A DNA stretch of 62,126 nt, the filler included, from Platydemus manokwari (lineage: Eukaryota): assembly GCA_037951405.1 (NCBI GenBank). It is 5 parts of 5 records of this genome, joined end to end, with 100 filler letters (N's around TTAATTAATTAA, not from the genome) between each part and the next. Parts side by side here need not be neighbours in the genome. Positions count along the whole stretch, not along the records: positions 30,820 to 48,593 come from JBBMOY010811091.1; positions 48,694 to 62,126 come from JBBMOY011729175.1; 3 more parts are not named here. One strand, written 5' to 3'. This document shows positions 40,781 through 53,796 of the stretch, one piece after another. The notes under the pieces are model-generated. The model made no database searches, was not told the DNA's origin, and saw only the letters and a program-made list of their open reading frames with translations. A program made the translations under genes and the position numbers. Every line of letters starts with the position of its first letter. Position 1 is the stretch's first letter.

Positions 40781-41568
40781 CTGAAATAGTAATAATTGTT
40801 ATTAAAATAATGTGTCATTAGTATAATAATAATTGTTATTATTAAAATATTATTAATAATACTATGATGATATCTGTTGGTTGGTATTGCTCATTTCTTT
40901 AATTGATGTAAGTTTATAAAATTAAATATATATAAAGTGACGTTAATGAAACATTCTTACCATGGTTTTACAGAACATTTTCAATCTATACAACTATATA
41001 AGTCAATGATAAATTTATGTCTAACACAATTGGTTTGGAAACATTTATCTACAATATTTTGGTATAAACATGTAAAATAAAATCACTAATTTATTATTTT
41101 AATTTAGGTAATGGACTAATGTTATAAAATATTTGAGCTCAATAACATAACAGTATAAAAAACTCTTAATTTTTACCCTAAAATTTAAAACAGGGAATTA
41201 TGAATTGACCTTTGATAAGATTGAAAGTCCAAGACAACCTTAAAGATAATAATAGAATTTTACAATAAAAATATATAAAATTTTGATCACATCGGTTATA
41301 TTTCTTAAAAATAGTATGTTTTAAAATATTATTGATGTACAAAGCAGAAACTGATTATTTTTCTATTAAAACTGATTGGCCAACAAAGAATCTTTTTAAT
41401 AGAAATTTTAAGTTGAAAAATAAAAATCCATGAAATGGTATTTATGAGATGCATTTCAGTTATAGATTTAGAATTTGTTAACGTAAAAAAAGAAATGCAT
41501 GGCTATGACCAATTAATACTCTTACGATTTTTTAGAGAAGCATATATGTGTTATATGTGAGATATCTA

Positions 41569-42883
41569 TTGGGTTGGTGCAAAAATTCGTGTGGTTTCAT
41601 TTGTTGCAAAGAAAACACCATTTTAATTGATTTGAATTATATTCTTTCAACTGAATTATCTATTTTATCTATTATTATCATTTTAGACTAACTTTCAATT
41701 TCATTACCTTCATTAAAATGGTATGTCAGGTAGATAAAAATGAACATTTCTGGTATCCTCTCCTTTTCTATTTTAATCAACATTTAAATGCTGCAGAAGC
41801 CACCAGAATGATTTATTGTATTTATGGAGAAAAGGCAGTCAGTGAAGGAACAGCACAAAAGTGGTTTTCGAAATCTAGCAGTTGAAATTTTGATTTAAGC
41901 GATACAACTCGGTCAGGCCGACCTAGTGACTTTGATGAAGATTGTTTGACCCAATTGATTCATGATGATCCGAGTCAATCGACACGAGCGCTTAGACAAA
42001 CCATAGATTGTGATCGCATCACTAATTCTCGATATCTCCAAAAAATGGGAAAAGTTCAAAAGCTTGGATCCTGGGTACCTCACCTTCTCAAAAAAAGTCA
42101 CAAAAATCAACGTGTTACGTATTCTACATCTTACTCGTTTGGTATCAATCTGCTGTGCAGCAACACTAATCTTTCCTTTCCAGAATCATCACAGGTGATG
42201 AAAAACAGTGCTTGTATGTAAATTTTAAACACAAAACAACTTGTGTAAGTCCTCAAAAGCAACCAAAATCACATGCAAAATCCGAAGTTCACCAACGCAA
42301 ATTCTCGTTGTGCATTTGGTGAAACCAAGCTGGTGTTATTCATTGTGAAATCTTGCCAGGAAACCAAACAATCAATTTCGAACTTCATTGTGGACAACTC
42401 AAGCGATTAAAGCGAAGAGGACCAATAAGAATCAGATAATTTTACAGCATAGCAATGCTCGGCCTCATGTCATCACAATGACAAAGTTGGCTATTAAAAA
42501 GTTTGGCTGGGAAGTACTTCCACATCCTCCATATTCGCCCGACTTAAGTCCAACAGATTTTCATTTTTTCCGCTCCATGTTGAACCATCTTTCTGGTCTC
42601 ACATTTAAAAACGAAGAAGCAATAACATCGTGGATTGAACTATGTTTGGACCACAAATCACCAAGCTTCTTCAAACGTGGGATTGACAAACTGCCACAAC
42701 GGTGAAAGGAAGTGATCGATTGTTGCGGAGAATATCTCACCGATTAAGACTGAGATATTTGTTTTTTCTAATGATTTCATAAATTCATTTTGTTATCTGG
42801 AATTTTTTACATGGTTTTTATTGTTGATCAGTATGCATTTTTCATAATTTTATAAAATCGCATGAACTTATACACCAACCTAA
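41569..42883 (+). mobile_element. Full-length but inactivated mariner transposon in a Myo6 intron
   Basis: TA-flanked TIRs TT(G/A)GGTTGGTG(C/T)A..; transposase at about 41718-42747 with WVPHLL and HPPYSPDLSPTDFHFF motifs, frameshifted. Confidence 0.95.
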
Positions 42884-43019
42884 TATTTATGCTAAATATT
42901 CAAAGTTATAATTATGAATCACAATTGTACAAAAATTGTTTAAGTAATATGTTTTACGAATATAATTTATGAAGTCTGCAATTGATATGCTTCTAATTCT
43001 GACAACCAAGAAATTAACA

Positions 43020-43430
43020 CTACTAACATGGCGACACGCACTTGGAATCGATTCTAAGTCGACGAGTACCGGACAAAATCAGAAATAAAGATAAAAATGA
43101 GAGACACTGAAGACGTGTCGAAGAAGAAGATGGTTGTAAAAATACAGGATACAATCAGAGAAAAGGAGAAAGAAGTGAACACAGTAGAATCAGATGGGTG
43201 GATATCAAAAAAGGAACAAATCAACGAGTAAGGAAATTGGGATTAAGACCAGAGATTAGGGTATGTTACAACTGCCAAAAGCCAGGTCACATATCAAGGA
43301 AGTATGAGACGAAGAAAATTATTATATACTATGCACTCAACAAAAGAGGACATACAGCCAGAGATTTTGCAAATTCGAAAAAGTGTAATAGATTTCAATA
43401 CAGAAAATAACACGAATTCGGACAGAAAAA
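43020..43430 (+). mobile_element. LTR-retrotransposon gag fragment (two decayed CCHC zinc knuckles)
   Basis: CYNCQKPGHISRK..KRGHTARD; upstream ..AACA TGGCGAC resembles an LTR-end/PBS junction. Confidence 0.65.
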
Positions 43431-44152
43431 GACAAATCGAAAATTTTACATAATTGTAATATTATATGATACAAACGAAATGTATTTGATTTGTTGGCTA
43501 AAGTTAAAAAACCGGTCCTAAAGTAAAATTTTAAATATGTTGAGTGTATTGGAAAAATTTATATAGTTTATTTAATTATATTATTTAAAACACTTTGAAT
43601 TTTTTATTTAAGTACTTAAGAAGAATTTTAGTTGTTTGAAATAGAATATTTAATACACTGGAGTTTAAAAATCTCCTAAAATTTGATTATTTGATAAACT
43701 CATCAAAGTAGGTCAAATTGGAATTTATTGAAAATTAGCGTGGGTCCCTTTTTTAACATTAAAAGCAAATTGAGATATATTCTCAATTTTTACAATAATT
43801 TTATAAAAATAAGCAATGATATTATTAAACATATCTGTAATTAACTAACTCGATTTATAATTATAAAAATTAAAATTTAAAAACTAAAACAATCACATAG
43901 ACACGTTGTGATTAGAATAGGAACTTGGTTTTAAAACTATTGTCACTCTTAAACATCCGAAAGAGTGAGATATTAACTGAATTATACAAATAAATCAAAC
44001 ATCGCAATTATATATAAAATTAAGTTACAAAATGCATTATTACAAAAGTAGGTCAAAGGACCCCGTCTCTTAACCTAAGCCGATTTATTTATTAAAGTTT
44101 TTAAATTTTCAAAATGCTCTCTTATTAATTCCAACATGAAAACAATAATTAC

Positions 44153-44317
44153 CAATGCAATCAGAATTGTCAACGAATTTGATTTTGGAAAGTCCAAGAC
44201 CTTCTTTTTCGTAAAGAATTTGTTCTTCAACAAGAACATGTTCATTGAAAAATTGTTGCAGTTTTTCGTTGCAATAATTGATACAAAATTGTTCAAAACT
44301 GTTCTTTTCGAAATACT
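44153..44317 (-). CDS. Myo6: Myosin VI exon, relay helix
   Basis: [41 protein letters not shown]. Confidence 0.95.
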
Positions 44318-45519
44318 CTGTAATTAAATGTTTTTAGATTAAAGTATTAATAGAATAGTGTGATTTAATCAATCTTTTAATGAAGTTTCATGATCTTAAC
44401 CTATTATATGAAAATAATCTAAACTAAATATTATCAGTGGGTATTGACATAATTTTGAGTATTATGATTTATAAGACTGTCGAACTCGATTAATATTGCT
44501 GCACATGTCACTGGGAAAATAGTAATATCAACAGAATTTAAGAAAAAACCTGACAAAAATTAATTCAAATTTAAAAATTAGTTAGGAATTTAAAAGAATA
44601 ATTCTTATATTATACTTCTGCAAGATTAACATTATAATCTTAACACAAAACTTAAGATTAAGAGGTGATAAATCTTAGATTTACATACGAATTTTTTGTC
44701 ATCACTGGCCGTTGATCTATCTTTGGTTTTATTTTTGTAAATTGTGAAGTTTTAAAAATTAAAAGTTTTTTAAAAGTTTTTAAAATTAACAACAAAATTA
44801 ACAACATCTTTGTACCGTCAATGCAGCCAATCAAATTTAACCACTTTTGTTATGTTTAAAGACTAAATTTTAAAATAATTTAGTGATATTAAAATTATTA
44901 CTAACATACTGTAAATGATGAAGGGATTTTAGATCAAGAAAGCTAAAAAATAAATCATCAGATTTTAATTTCTTTAATTAAAATTTAAAATTTTCATTTG
45001 AAATAATTTAAAATAAATAATGCGTTTTAACAAGTATAATTAAAAATTATTTAGTTGATAAACATTTTTCAAATATTTTTTAAACTTAATCATAAAAACA
45101 TTATATTTAAATTAAAAACAAATAATAATTAATTCAACTCATTATAATGAATAACTAACCCGAATTTATGAGTCATAAATCTATGTAAAATTTGTACCAT
45201 TGTTTACATCAAATTATATATTTTTTCAAATTAGTTTCAAACATTTTCTATAAACGGTAAAGGCTTAACTTATTTCATGTATTACTTAAAATTATTGTTT
45301 CCAATTTATTTACAATGTTTACTTAACTATGAACAGAACAGAAAACTTAAACCTTAATTAAGAAAAATTCCCAAATAGAGTTCCTATCGATAGTGTGACA
45401 AAGATAAATTTAAATTTGAAAATAGAGTCAAAGTAATAATAAATTATTAAAGTAAAACGTTTTCATATTTATACTGATTTCATTTTCCATATAAAGAATT
45501 TCTTTAGATGAATACCTAC

Positions 45520-45822
45520 CGAATCCAGCGATATCTAGAATGCCAACATAGTTAACAGAATCCTTAAACGGCAAGGCTCGATTTACAAAAGCTACAATCT
45601 CATCGAACAGACGCACGTATATTGCTTTGCTCAACGCATCTCTTGCACTCTGAGCGTCTTCTGGTTTCAAAGCAATTCTAAGAGCTGTATTTTGTGCTCC
45701 CCGACCAGCAGCACTAGTAAATCTATTACATAACGATTCTGCCAACGACTTAGATTCAAAACCCAATAATCGACAGGTGGATTGAAGAGCTGATTGGCTA
45801 CCAGCAGATATTTGACATCCAC
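45520..45822 (-). CDS. Myo6: Myosin VI exon, switch II
   Basis: ARDALSKAIYVRLFD..YVGILDIAGF. Confidence 0.95.
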
Positions 45823-46967
45823 CTCAATTAAATTTGGATTTTTATTAAAATGAAATACAGATAAATAACAATGTTCAATAAATTTGTTAATATTTCATTC
45901 ATACCTTATAATTTTTTAAATAGATAAAGAAATACCGAACGAAATAAATCAAAATTTATTTCAGATTCATGTTAGCCTAAAATGTTAAATCGAGATAAGT
46001 TTACAAGACAAATACATTTGGAAGATCCGCATATTGGTAAAAAGCAACGTTTTGTTGAAAAATGGTTAAAAATACCCCAAATGATGAGCACGATAAATTG
46101 ATAATAAATACAATTAAATAAATATTAAACTATTTCCATCTATTAAACACTAAGCCAATCCTCATAAACATTGCAATTTTTATTAAATCTCGAAATACAA
46201 CCATGATAACACAAAATAATATTTTGATGAGCTTCTTCATGGGGATTCTAAGCTATCTTTTGTTTTCTTTTACTATCTATTACATGTGATAGATTTAGAC
46301 AAAACCAGATTTCGGAAATAGATCTAACATTTTGTAAAATTAAAATTGAATATAAATAGTAAAGGAAATTCCTTCTTCGCTCACTAAACATGAAATTCTT
46401 TCAATATTATTAATCGTAACAAATATATAAAGACAAATTTCTGATAAGAATCTGATCGATAATGTTTTAAAATATAATATTGTGAAACACCATGTGTTCA
46501 TATAGCATTATTATCTTTCTAATAATGATATTAATGATGTTGAAATCAATTTTCTGGAAATTTTATATATTGAGTTTTAGATTCAATAAGTTTTTATTCG
46601 AGAACAGTTCCTAATTTTCATGCTCTTGTTGCTTGAATAATAAATGGTATGGAAACAAGTATTATGTCATTACTAATATTTTCATTAAATTTTGAAAATT
46701 TTTCGTTAATTGAATAATTTTCTTGATCTATAAAAACCAATCCCAGTTATCTTTAATTTCTAAACAAAGCAAATCATTTTTTATAATTTTATTTTTTAAT
46801 TTAATTCAATTTTTAATATTTTATTAACATAATCGACAAACGAAGTTCTATAATGCTTATTTTCTATAAAGACAAACCACCAAATGATCGCTCATGGCCA
46901 TCTCACCCCAAAACAAATTTGAAGCACATACATGATAACTATAAAAGGAAAGCAGGATCTTACAAAC

Positions 46968-47148
46968 CTTGAGAAGAATCGACCTCTTCAAATTCAATAT
47001 TTCCTAAGTGTAAAATAGCTGCCACAATGCCAAAGATATCCTGGCGTTCGCTATCATTAATTCCCATATCTTTCATGGCTTTGTTTGTCCGTGCATAATC
47101 GGTGATGTCATTTAATTGTATATCACTGAGACATCCCGATTTTAGAAA
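46968..47148 (-). CDS. Myo6: Myosin VI exon, motor domain
   Basis: AMKDMGINDSERQDIFGIVAAILHLGNIEFEE. Confidence 0.93.
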
Positions 47149-47883
47149 CTAAAGCAAACAACCCATTAAATAGCAATTTTTTAAAATAATAATTAAATAG
47201 ATATTTGAGAATAAAATTTATAGATTTTCATTGTTTCACAGATTCTATTTTATTCTCATCAACTCACATTCCAAACATTATATGGTTTACATATTTAGCC
47301 GGATCTCTTAATAGTTATTCGGTTATTATTACATGGTAGAGTTTTGATCTAAAAACTTTTTTTCATATAAATTCCTATTTGTTAGATTATCAATTAAATG
47401 AATGACTAAAATCAATAAATCGGAAATCACACTCAAAAAGTTATAATCACAAGATTCTATCTCATAAAACAAATAAATCATAAAACAATATCAACATTAC
47501 AGAATGCGTATAAGGTTACCGACTACTTCTACAAATAGCCCACTTGTTTTATAATCTTCATCTTGTGTGTATCAATCAATGATTATTGTTTCGTCATTAT
47601 TCTCTACCATTGGTCCATCTGATAGTTCATTCTTTTCTGATAGATGCCTTAATTGAAAGCTGAAGTCCAATCAAAAAGTGTTGATATAGAACTTTGTTTT
47701 GCCATTAGCGTTTTACCAATAATATTTCCTCTCAATTTACCCACGTAAAATTGAAAAATACGCATTTTACTTTAGTTATGTATTTACTACAAAATGCAAC
47801 ACCAACTGTGAATATGAATCAAACAAAAATATTTTTTAAATTAATAAGCTTAAAGCCAAGCAGCAACAAAGTAAAATAAATAC

Positions 47884-47964
47884 TTCATTAGATTTGACAT
47901 CACTGGCCACTTTAGAGATATCACTTTTGGAACAGAAATATCGAGTTGTTCCGTTTTTTAGATA
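47884..47964 (-). CDS. Myo6: Myosin VI exon, insert-1
   Basis: YLKNGTTRYFCSKSDISKVASDVKSNE aligns with MYO6 [27 protein letters not shown]; 81 nt with AG/GT borders. Confidence 0.88.
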
Positions 47965-49456
47965 CTTAATAGAAATTCTGATTATAATTTTGTGATAATT
48001 ATTTATAAATTATTTGCAATTTTATGTGAATAATTGATATCACGCACACAACATCTGCACAGAATGAATCACCAATTATGGACGCTATCATTTTTAGACC
48101 AAATCAAGATTTGATGATATTTTTCTGTAATTCAATAAAGAAATAAAGTTATCTTCTAATTTGAAAGAACTGCAAAAATATTAAACAAATTAAAAATAAA
48201 AATAAAAAAGAAGATAGATGAAGAAAAAACGGATCAAGTTTTGATAACTCAATTTTTATTATGAAAGAATTCTGATTACAACAATTATTATATATCATAG
48301 AACAAGTTTAGAATCAGATTTTTAGCTGAACTGTACTGATGAAAACTGTTTTGATTTGCTATAGAAATCCAGGAAATATTCAATGGTTAATAATAATAAT
48401 AATAATTATTATTATCATAATAATTTATATAATTTATTGCAGCAGAGATTGGTCATATATATAAATGTCTGCTTTTGAATTCAATTAAACAGATTAGTAA
48501 AGATTTGCAATGTTATTTGGTTCCAGATATATTTGCCATACTTCCAAAAATAATGTTAATGATATTATGAAGATTTTTAATAATCTCGTTCTTNNNNNNN
48601 NNNNNNNNNNNNNNNNNNNNNNNNNNNNNNNNNNNNNTTAATTAATTAANNNNNNNNNNNNNNNNNNNNNNNNNNNNNNNNNNNNNNNNNNNNTATTATA
48701 TTATATTATATATAATTATATATTACTAAATAATATTCCCGTCAACTACAAAATTCCCCTGAATTTTCATTAAAATGTTTTTCATGCAAAAATAAAAATT
48801 GTTCATGCAATTAATGTTAAAATTGTCATAGGCTTCAAAACCCAACACAAATATCAAATATCTTCAAATGTTCGTGTTTAAATAAACAACTATGAAATTA
48901 TTATTCTCTCTACTTTGATTCACTTGTCTGCAATGGAAATCGTCGTATTTAGATTTTTAAGAGTGAATTGTGATGGAAATACATCAGCTTATATAGATGC
49001 TGAGATTCGGTATTTTGTACCTAGGAATTTCTATCACTATCATAAATTTTAAGTCATATTTTGATCTTGGACCCTTAAAGTTTATGATTTTAAAAGTCCT
49101 AAAAACCTTAATAATTCTTAATAATTTATCTAACCTCAGAAATTTTATTGCTAAATTATTGACATTACTAATTAAATATTATTGAATTTCTGACATTAAA
49201 AATTAAATATTTTTGTTTCTTTTTCCACTCTTTGATTTATAAATAATAATATATACCAATTTTTATTTCCCATATTTTCTACATTACGTATTGACGATTA
49301 TTACAAAAGATAAATCATATAATTACAAAAATTCGAAATATCACTATCAAGATTAAAATATCAAGTCAACATTAGGATATCAATAAGTCATTATTGGATT
49401 GATTACTAGAGGGTCTTGTTTCGAATTCGCAGTTTTCTGCTGAATCCTTGCAGACA

Positions 49457-51289
49457 TCAAGTGTCTAAACCCACTCTCCAGCTTTTTGTGGCCCACGTTT
49501 CCCATTTTGGGTTTGGTTTGATGGTCTTAATTATTATTTCCGTGCCTGATCTCTCTATTATTGGTGTACCGGGTCTTTCGGGTTTCTGTCTGGAGGGTGT
49601 TTTTAGTTTCTTAAACATCGTGTGGTTACTTGGTGGTAGTTGTGGTTTCTGGGGTAGCAGCTTTCTTCATTCATTGTATGATTTGATAGAGTATGGGGTC
49701 TTTTCGCTTTCGTCTTTGCTCTCCTCACTGTCTAAGTAGAGCACCAGACGTCCCATATGGTCTTCCCAACCATTTGAAATGGACTCTTTGAAACTGCTGA
49801 AATCTTGTCACAGCTGTTTGGCGTCATCTCACAAAAGCATATCAAATGCAAATGATAGCTCCATTTGATTAAAGGTTGCAAAATCTTTGGTTGTTTGGAA
49901 CCATTTCTCAGCGTCTTGGATTGATGTATCGAAGAATGATGGTTTCGGAATGGTTTCCGAGGTCAATTCATATTCACTACATTCCATATCTTCCTGCTCA
50001 TCTTTTCCCATTATCATTGATATTTATTTCCTCTTGTGATTCTTCATCATCATAATGGATTATTACCTGAATCCTTTCTCCCCTCTCATTGTCTTTTAGC
50101 TTCTTGAATTCTGTAAAATTGTTCCTCCAGAATTTAGATCTCTTCTTTTCATGATATTGCTCTACTGCTGATTATAAATTCCATAGTTTATCCTTGGTTC
50201 TAATCACCGACCTTTCTGTTAGCATTTCTTTGTCTGCCCACTCAAAAATATTTGTTGCTCTGGCACCCTTTCAATTTCTTGCTCCTGCTATTTTTTCTAA
50301 GAAAATGGATAGAGCTTTAAACTTCTTTTTCAAGTCAAAGCCAATCAAAATTTTTCCATTGGGAAATTCTATCACTTCTCTACTTGCTTCCTCCGCATCT
50401 ATTACTTCTCCTAATCCTGCTTCTCCTAGCTTATTTTTGTTTTCTTAGTAGTGTTTTACTTCACTTCAAGGATAGCACGATTTCTCCCAGAATATTTTCC
50501 TTTTATAATCTCTCAAGAATATCCATACATGATACTCCTTATTATTGAAGTCTATGACATATTTGACATAAAAAATCTGATTTTCTTTATCGATATTGGT
50601 TCGTGTGTACGACATCTTATTCTTCGCCTCTATGAATGGAATAGACTTGAGATGATTGCCAATAAGCGGTTTTGGCTTTCCGAATTCCACTGGCTCTTCA
50701 CATTCTGGTTTAATAAATTCGATCATAATCGTAAAGGGTATTCTTTTTGCCCTTATGCGGATTTGAGTGAAGTCTTGTAAGGCATTAATTTTCTTTGCCG
50801 AGTGGGATAAATTTATAATGAGGTGAATGCCTCTAGGTTTATATCATCATTTGGGTATGTGACTGTAATATCCACTTGAGTGTTGTGAATATTTATCATT
50901 GTTGGAGAAAAGTCTAATTGTGGTAATACATCTTCGATTTTAAAGCTTTCTTGCTCTTGGGAAAAGAGAATAATTACGACTCTTTTCTTTTGAGAGGATA
51001 CTTTTAAGTTGTTGGGTAGGTCTGAAATATTATTGAATTTTCTTATCCCCATCCAAAGGGATGCTTTCTTAACAGTCGAATTTATTGCTAAATAGAACCT
51101 TCGTGGGTAAAACTGTATTAAGGATGTAGTTGGCTTCATAGCTAAATCATGAAAGATGAATTCTGAATAAATGAAGGGGTGCCTTACTCTTTTACGTAGT
51201 GATTGTGGAATTTCTGCTTTTAAATTATGGTTTTTAGGGGTTCTATAAGCGCTTTTATAGTTCTTAGTCGCTTGATAGTGATTGGTCAT
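49457..51289 (-). pseudogene. Accessory ORF-C: N-domain, degenerate DEDDh fold, capsid-NTD-like fragment, basic Pro-rich tail
   Basis: Track ORFs 50813-51289, 50466-50726 and 49829-50017 plus untracked reading: VWIFLRDYKRKIFWEKSCYP*SEVKHY*ENKNKLGEAGLGEVIDAEEASREVIEFPNGKILIGFDLKKKFKALSIFLEKIAGARN aligns with ORF-A and ORF-B. Confidence 0.65.
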
Positions 51290-51619
51290 TAATTAGGGGT
51301 ATTATTTCTATTGGATAATTGATTTTTCTCCATTATTTTATTCATTGGGGATTTTTCAGAGAATTTATTTACATTATTAATTATTCTACATCACATTTTA
51401 TATTTACAAGAATTGATCCTATTAAATATAATTTTATACACCGAATTTTGATATTTACATAAATTTATTTCTCCTAATTTCCTTAAATAATTATAACAAC
51501 TTTTTATATACAAATTGATTTCATATTGCCATTGGTATTTACAGAATTTTTTTAAAATTGAATAATTAAAAATTTTACAACAAATATTTTCTATGTACAA
51601 ATTGTTTTCATCCTGTAAT

Positions 51620-53645
51620 TGCTATAAGCTGACTTCCCATACACGAGGGTTGTCCTTACAATATTTTCTATACCGTTTATAACTTATGTACATCCCAATT
51701 ATGGTGGTCAAACTGGAAACTACAGCTCCTATTATCATTATGTTAAGGATGATTTCATTTTGAAGCTGTTTACTGCTTAAAAGTGTCATTTTCTTATAGC
51801 TTTTGTTGTTGTTTTAATGATGGGTTTTATTGTTTCCTTTATAAAAGATGGTTCTAACGTTATTTGTTCTCGATGAATTATGAACTTAGGGTTACTTTTT
51901 TTTAATACAGTATATGTTTATGGCATTCTTGATGTTAACATTCTGGGTGATGATTCCTTCATTCGAATTTATCTTAAATTGATGTTCGTTTAAATGTACT
52001 CTAACTTCAAAACATTTCAGGTCTTCCCAGATGATTTTTATTTGATCTAACAACCTTTCGATAAATATTTTACAGGGTAATTCAGGGGTTTGAGAAATCA
52101 TTGTTGTGATAACATTTCCTTTTCTTATTTCTATTTGATAAATAATTCCGCTATTTAAATTGTACATATTTATTGCTCCATTATAACTTTCACGAACTTT
52201 ATCATCTAATATTTGGCATTTTTTATTGCCTTTGACTTTTAATTCTTTCTTAAATTGTGCTGTAAATGATTTTATCTTCCTATCCTTATACTAGTTTTTT
52301 TTATTATCATTATTCGTACGTTTTTACTATAAATTTTAAATTCTTCTTTTCCTATGTTGTTAAAGGTAAACATCATCATTGGACTGTCACATGTTTGAAC
52401 ACAAGGGAAAACTATCATTGCTGTAACTAGAGTTGCCATTCTAGGAATTTTCTTCCTATATATTATTGGTGTTGCAGTGTCATTATTCCTCCTTTTTCTG
52501 GCATACATTATTATTAATGCTATTGTTATAGCTATAAATGTTATGGCTAAACTTGCTATTAATGCTGATTTTAGGTTCTTAATGTGTTGTTCGCAGTCTG
52601 GTAATTTTCATCATTTTGATTCTATCTTTTTCATTTTATCTCTCTCTATTCTTATAAATTCTAAATGCTTTTTTCCTTCATCATTTACTTTTCATTCCAC
52701 TACTTTCTGCCAATAGTTTATTATCTCTATCCAATTTCTATTTCCTATTTCACTTTCGTCATTTATCGTTTTTGTTAATTTCCATTCTGTTATATTGATT
52801 ACCAGTTTATCCTTATTGGTTGTACAGGATTTAAAACTTTTTTCACAATTGCATTTGATGTGTACGTGTCGGCGTAACACTATGTGAATGTCATATTATG
52901 AATTCCTAATTCCGGTAATATGATTGTCTTAGATGGTATGGTGTTATTTAATTTAATTTCCTTTTCTCCATTTATTCCAATTTTTGCTACTGTTCCCATT
53001 AATGCTATTAAATGGTATGTTAACATATTAGTATATGGCTTCCATGATATTCGTATTATTTCCTTTTTGCTTTTGGTGTCTTAAATTTCCATTCATTTCT
53101 GTCTAGTTTTGAATTTTTTATAATTGCTCTTAAATATCCTATAACTTCAATTGCCTTTTGTTTACTGCTTGTTAACTGTATCATTATCAAGAAATTGACT
53201 CTCCATTCTTGATTTATTAATTCTTCCCATTTCCTCTACTTCCCAATTTCTCTACTTTACATTTTTCACCATGTCCTCGATTACACTTAACTACAAATTC
53301 TATTTTATTTATTTCATTCTTAACCTGTATTTGACTTAAGTCTCTTAATTTTCTACAATTACATTGTTGTTGACAGCTTATTAAAGCTCTGTTATTTTCT
53401 ATTGTTATGAAATATGGTAGAATGAATTTCTTTATTAATTCACGTGTGGGTTCTGGAGCTTTTTTCACTATTATCGATGATGTTTTCTCAATATCTTTTA
53501 ATGTTATTATATTTTTCACTATAACTGATGTTGTAGTACTAAAGGTTTCTAATGTTACGGGCTTATTGATCAACATTCTATCAGATTCATTAAAATATTT
53601 GACTGGTCTTATCATCAAACTAATTATTATAGAGACTATTATCAT
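51620..53645 (-). pseudogene. Env-position membrane polyprotein with two tandem signal-ectodomain-TM modules
   Basis: MIIVSIIISLMI (signal), then SALIASLAITFIAITIALIIMYARKRR (TM1), in-frame MATLVTAMIVFPCVQT (second signal), and IILNIMIIGAVVSSLTTIIGMYISYKRYRK (TM2). Confidence 0.65.
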
Positions 53646-53796
53646 CTTTCCTATTCTCCTAATTGACTTTATTTTTCTTTCCTGTTTTATTTCACTTGTT
53701 TTTATAGTGTTAATATTTGGAACATATTTCCGAGTTTGAGTAGATTGCTTTCTTAATGTTTCCTTTCTAGCTATTGGCTGTACTTCTTCAGCTTTT

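Noticed and set aside
9489-48693. Recurring TTAATTAATTAA palindrome flanked by Ns (four copies)
   Set aside because: Identical 100-nt assembly spacer, not biological.
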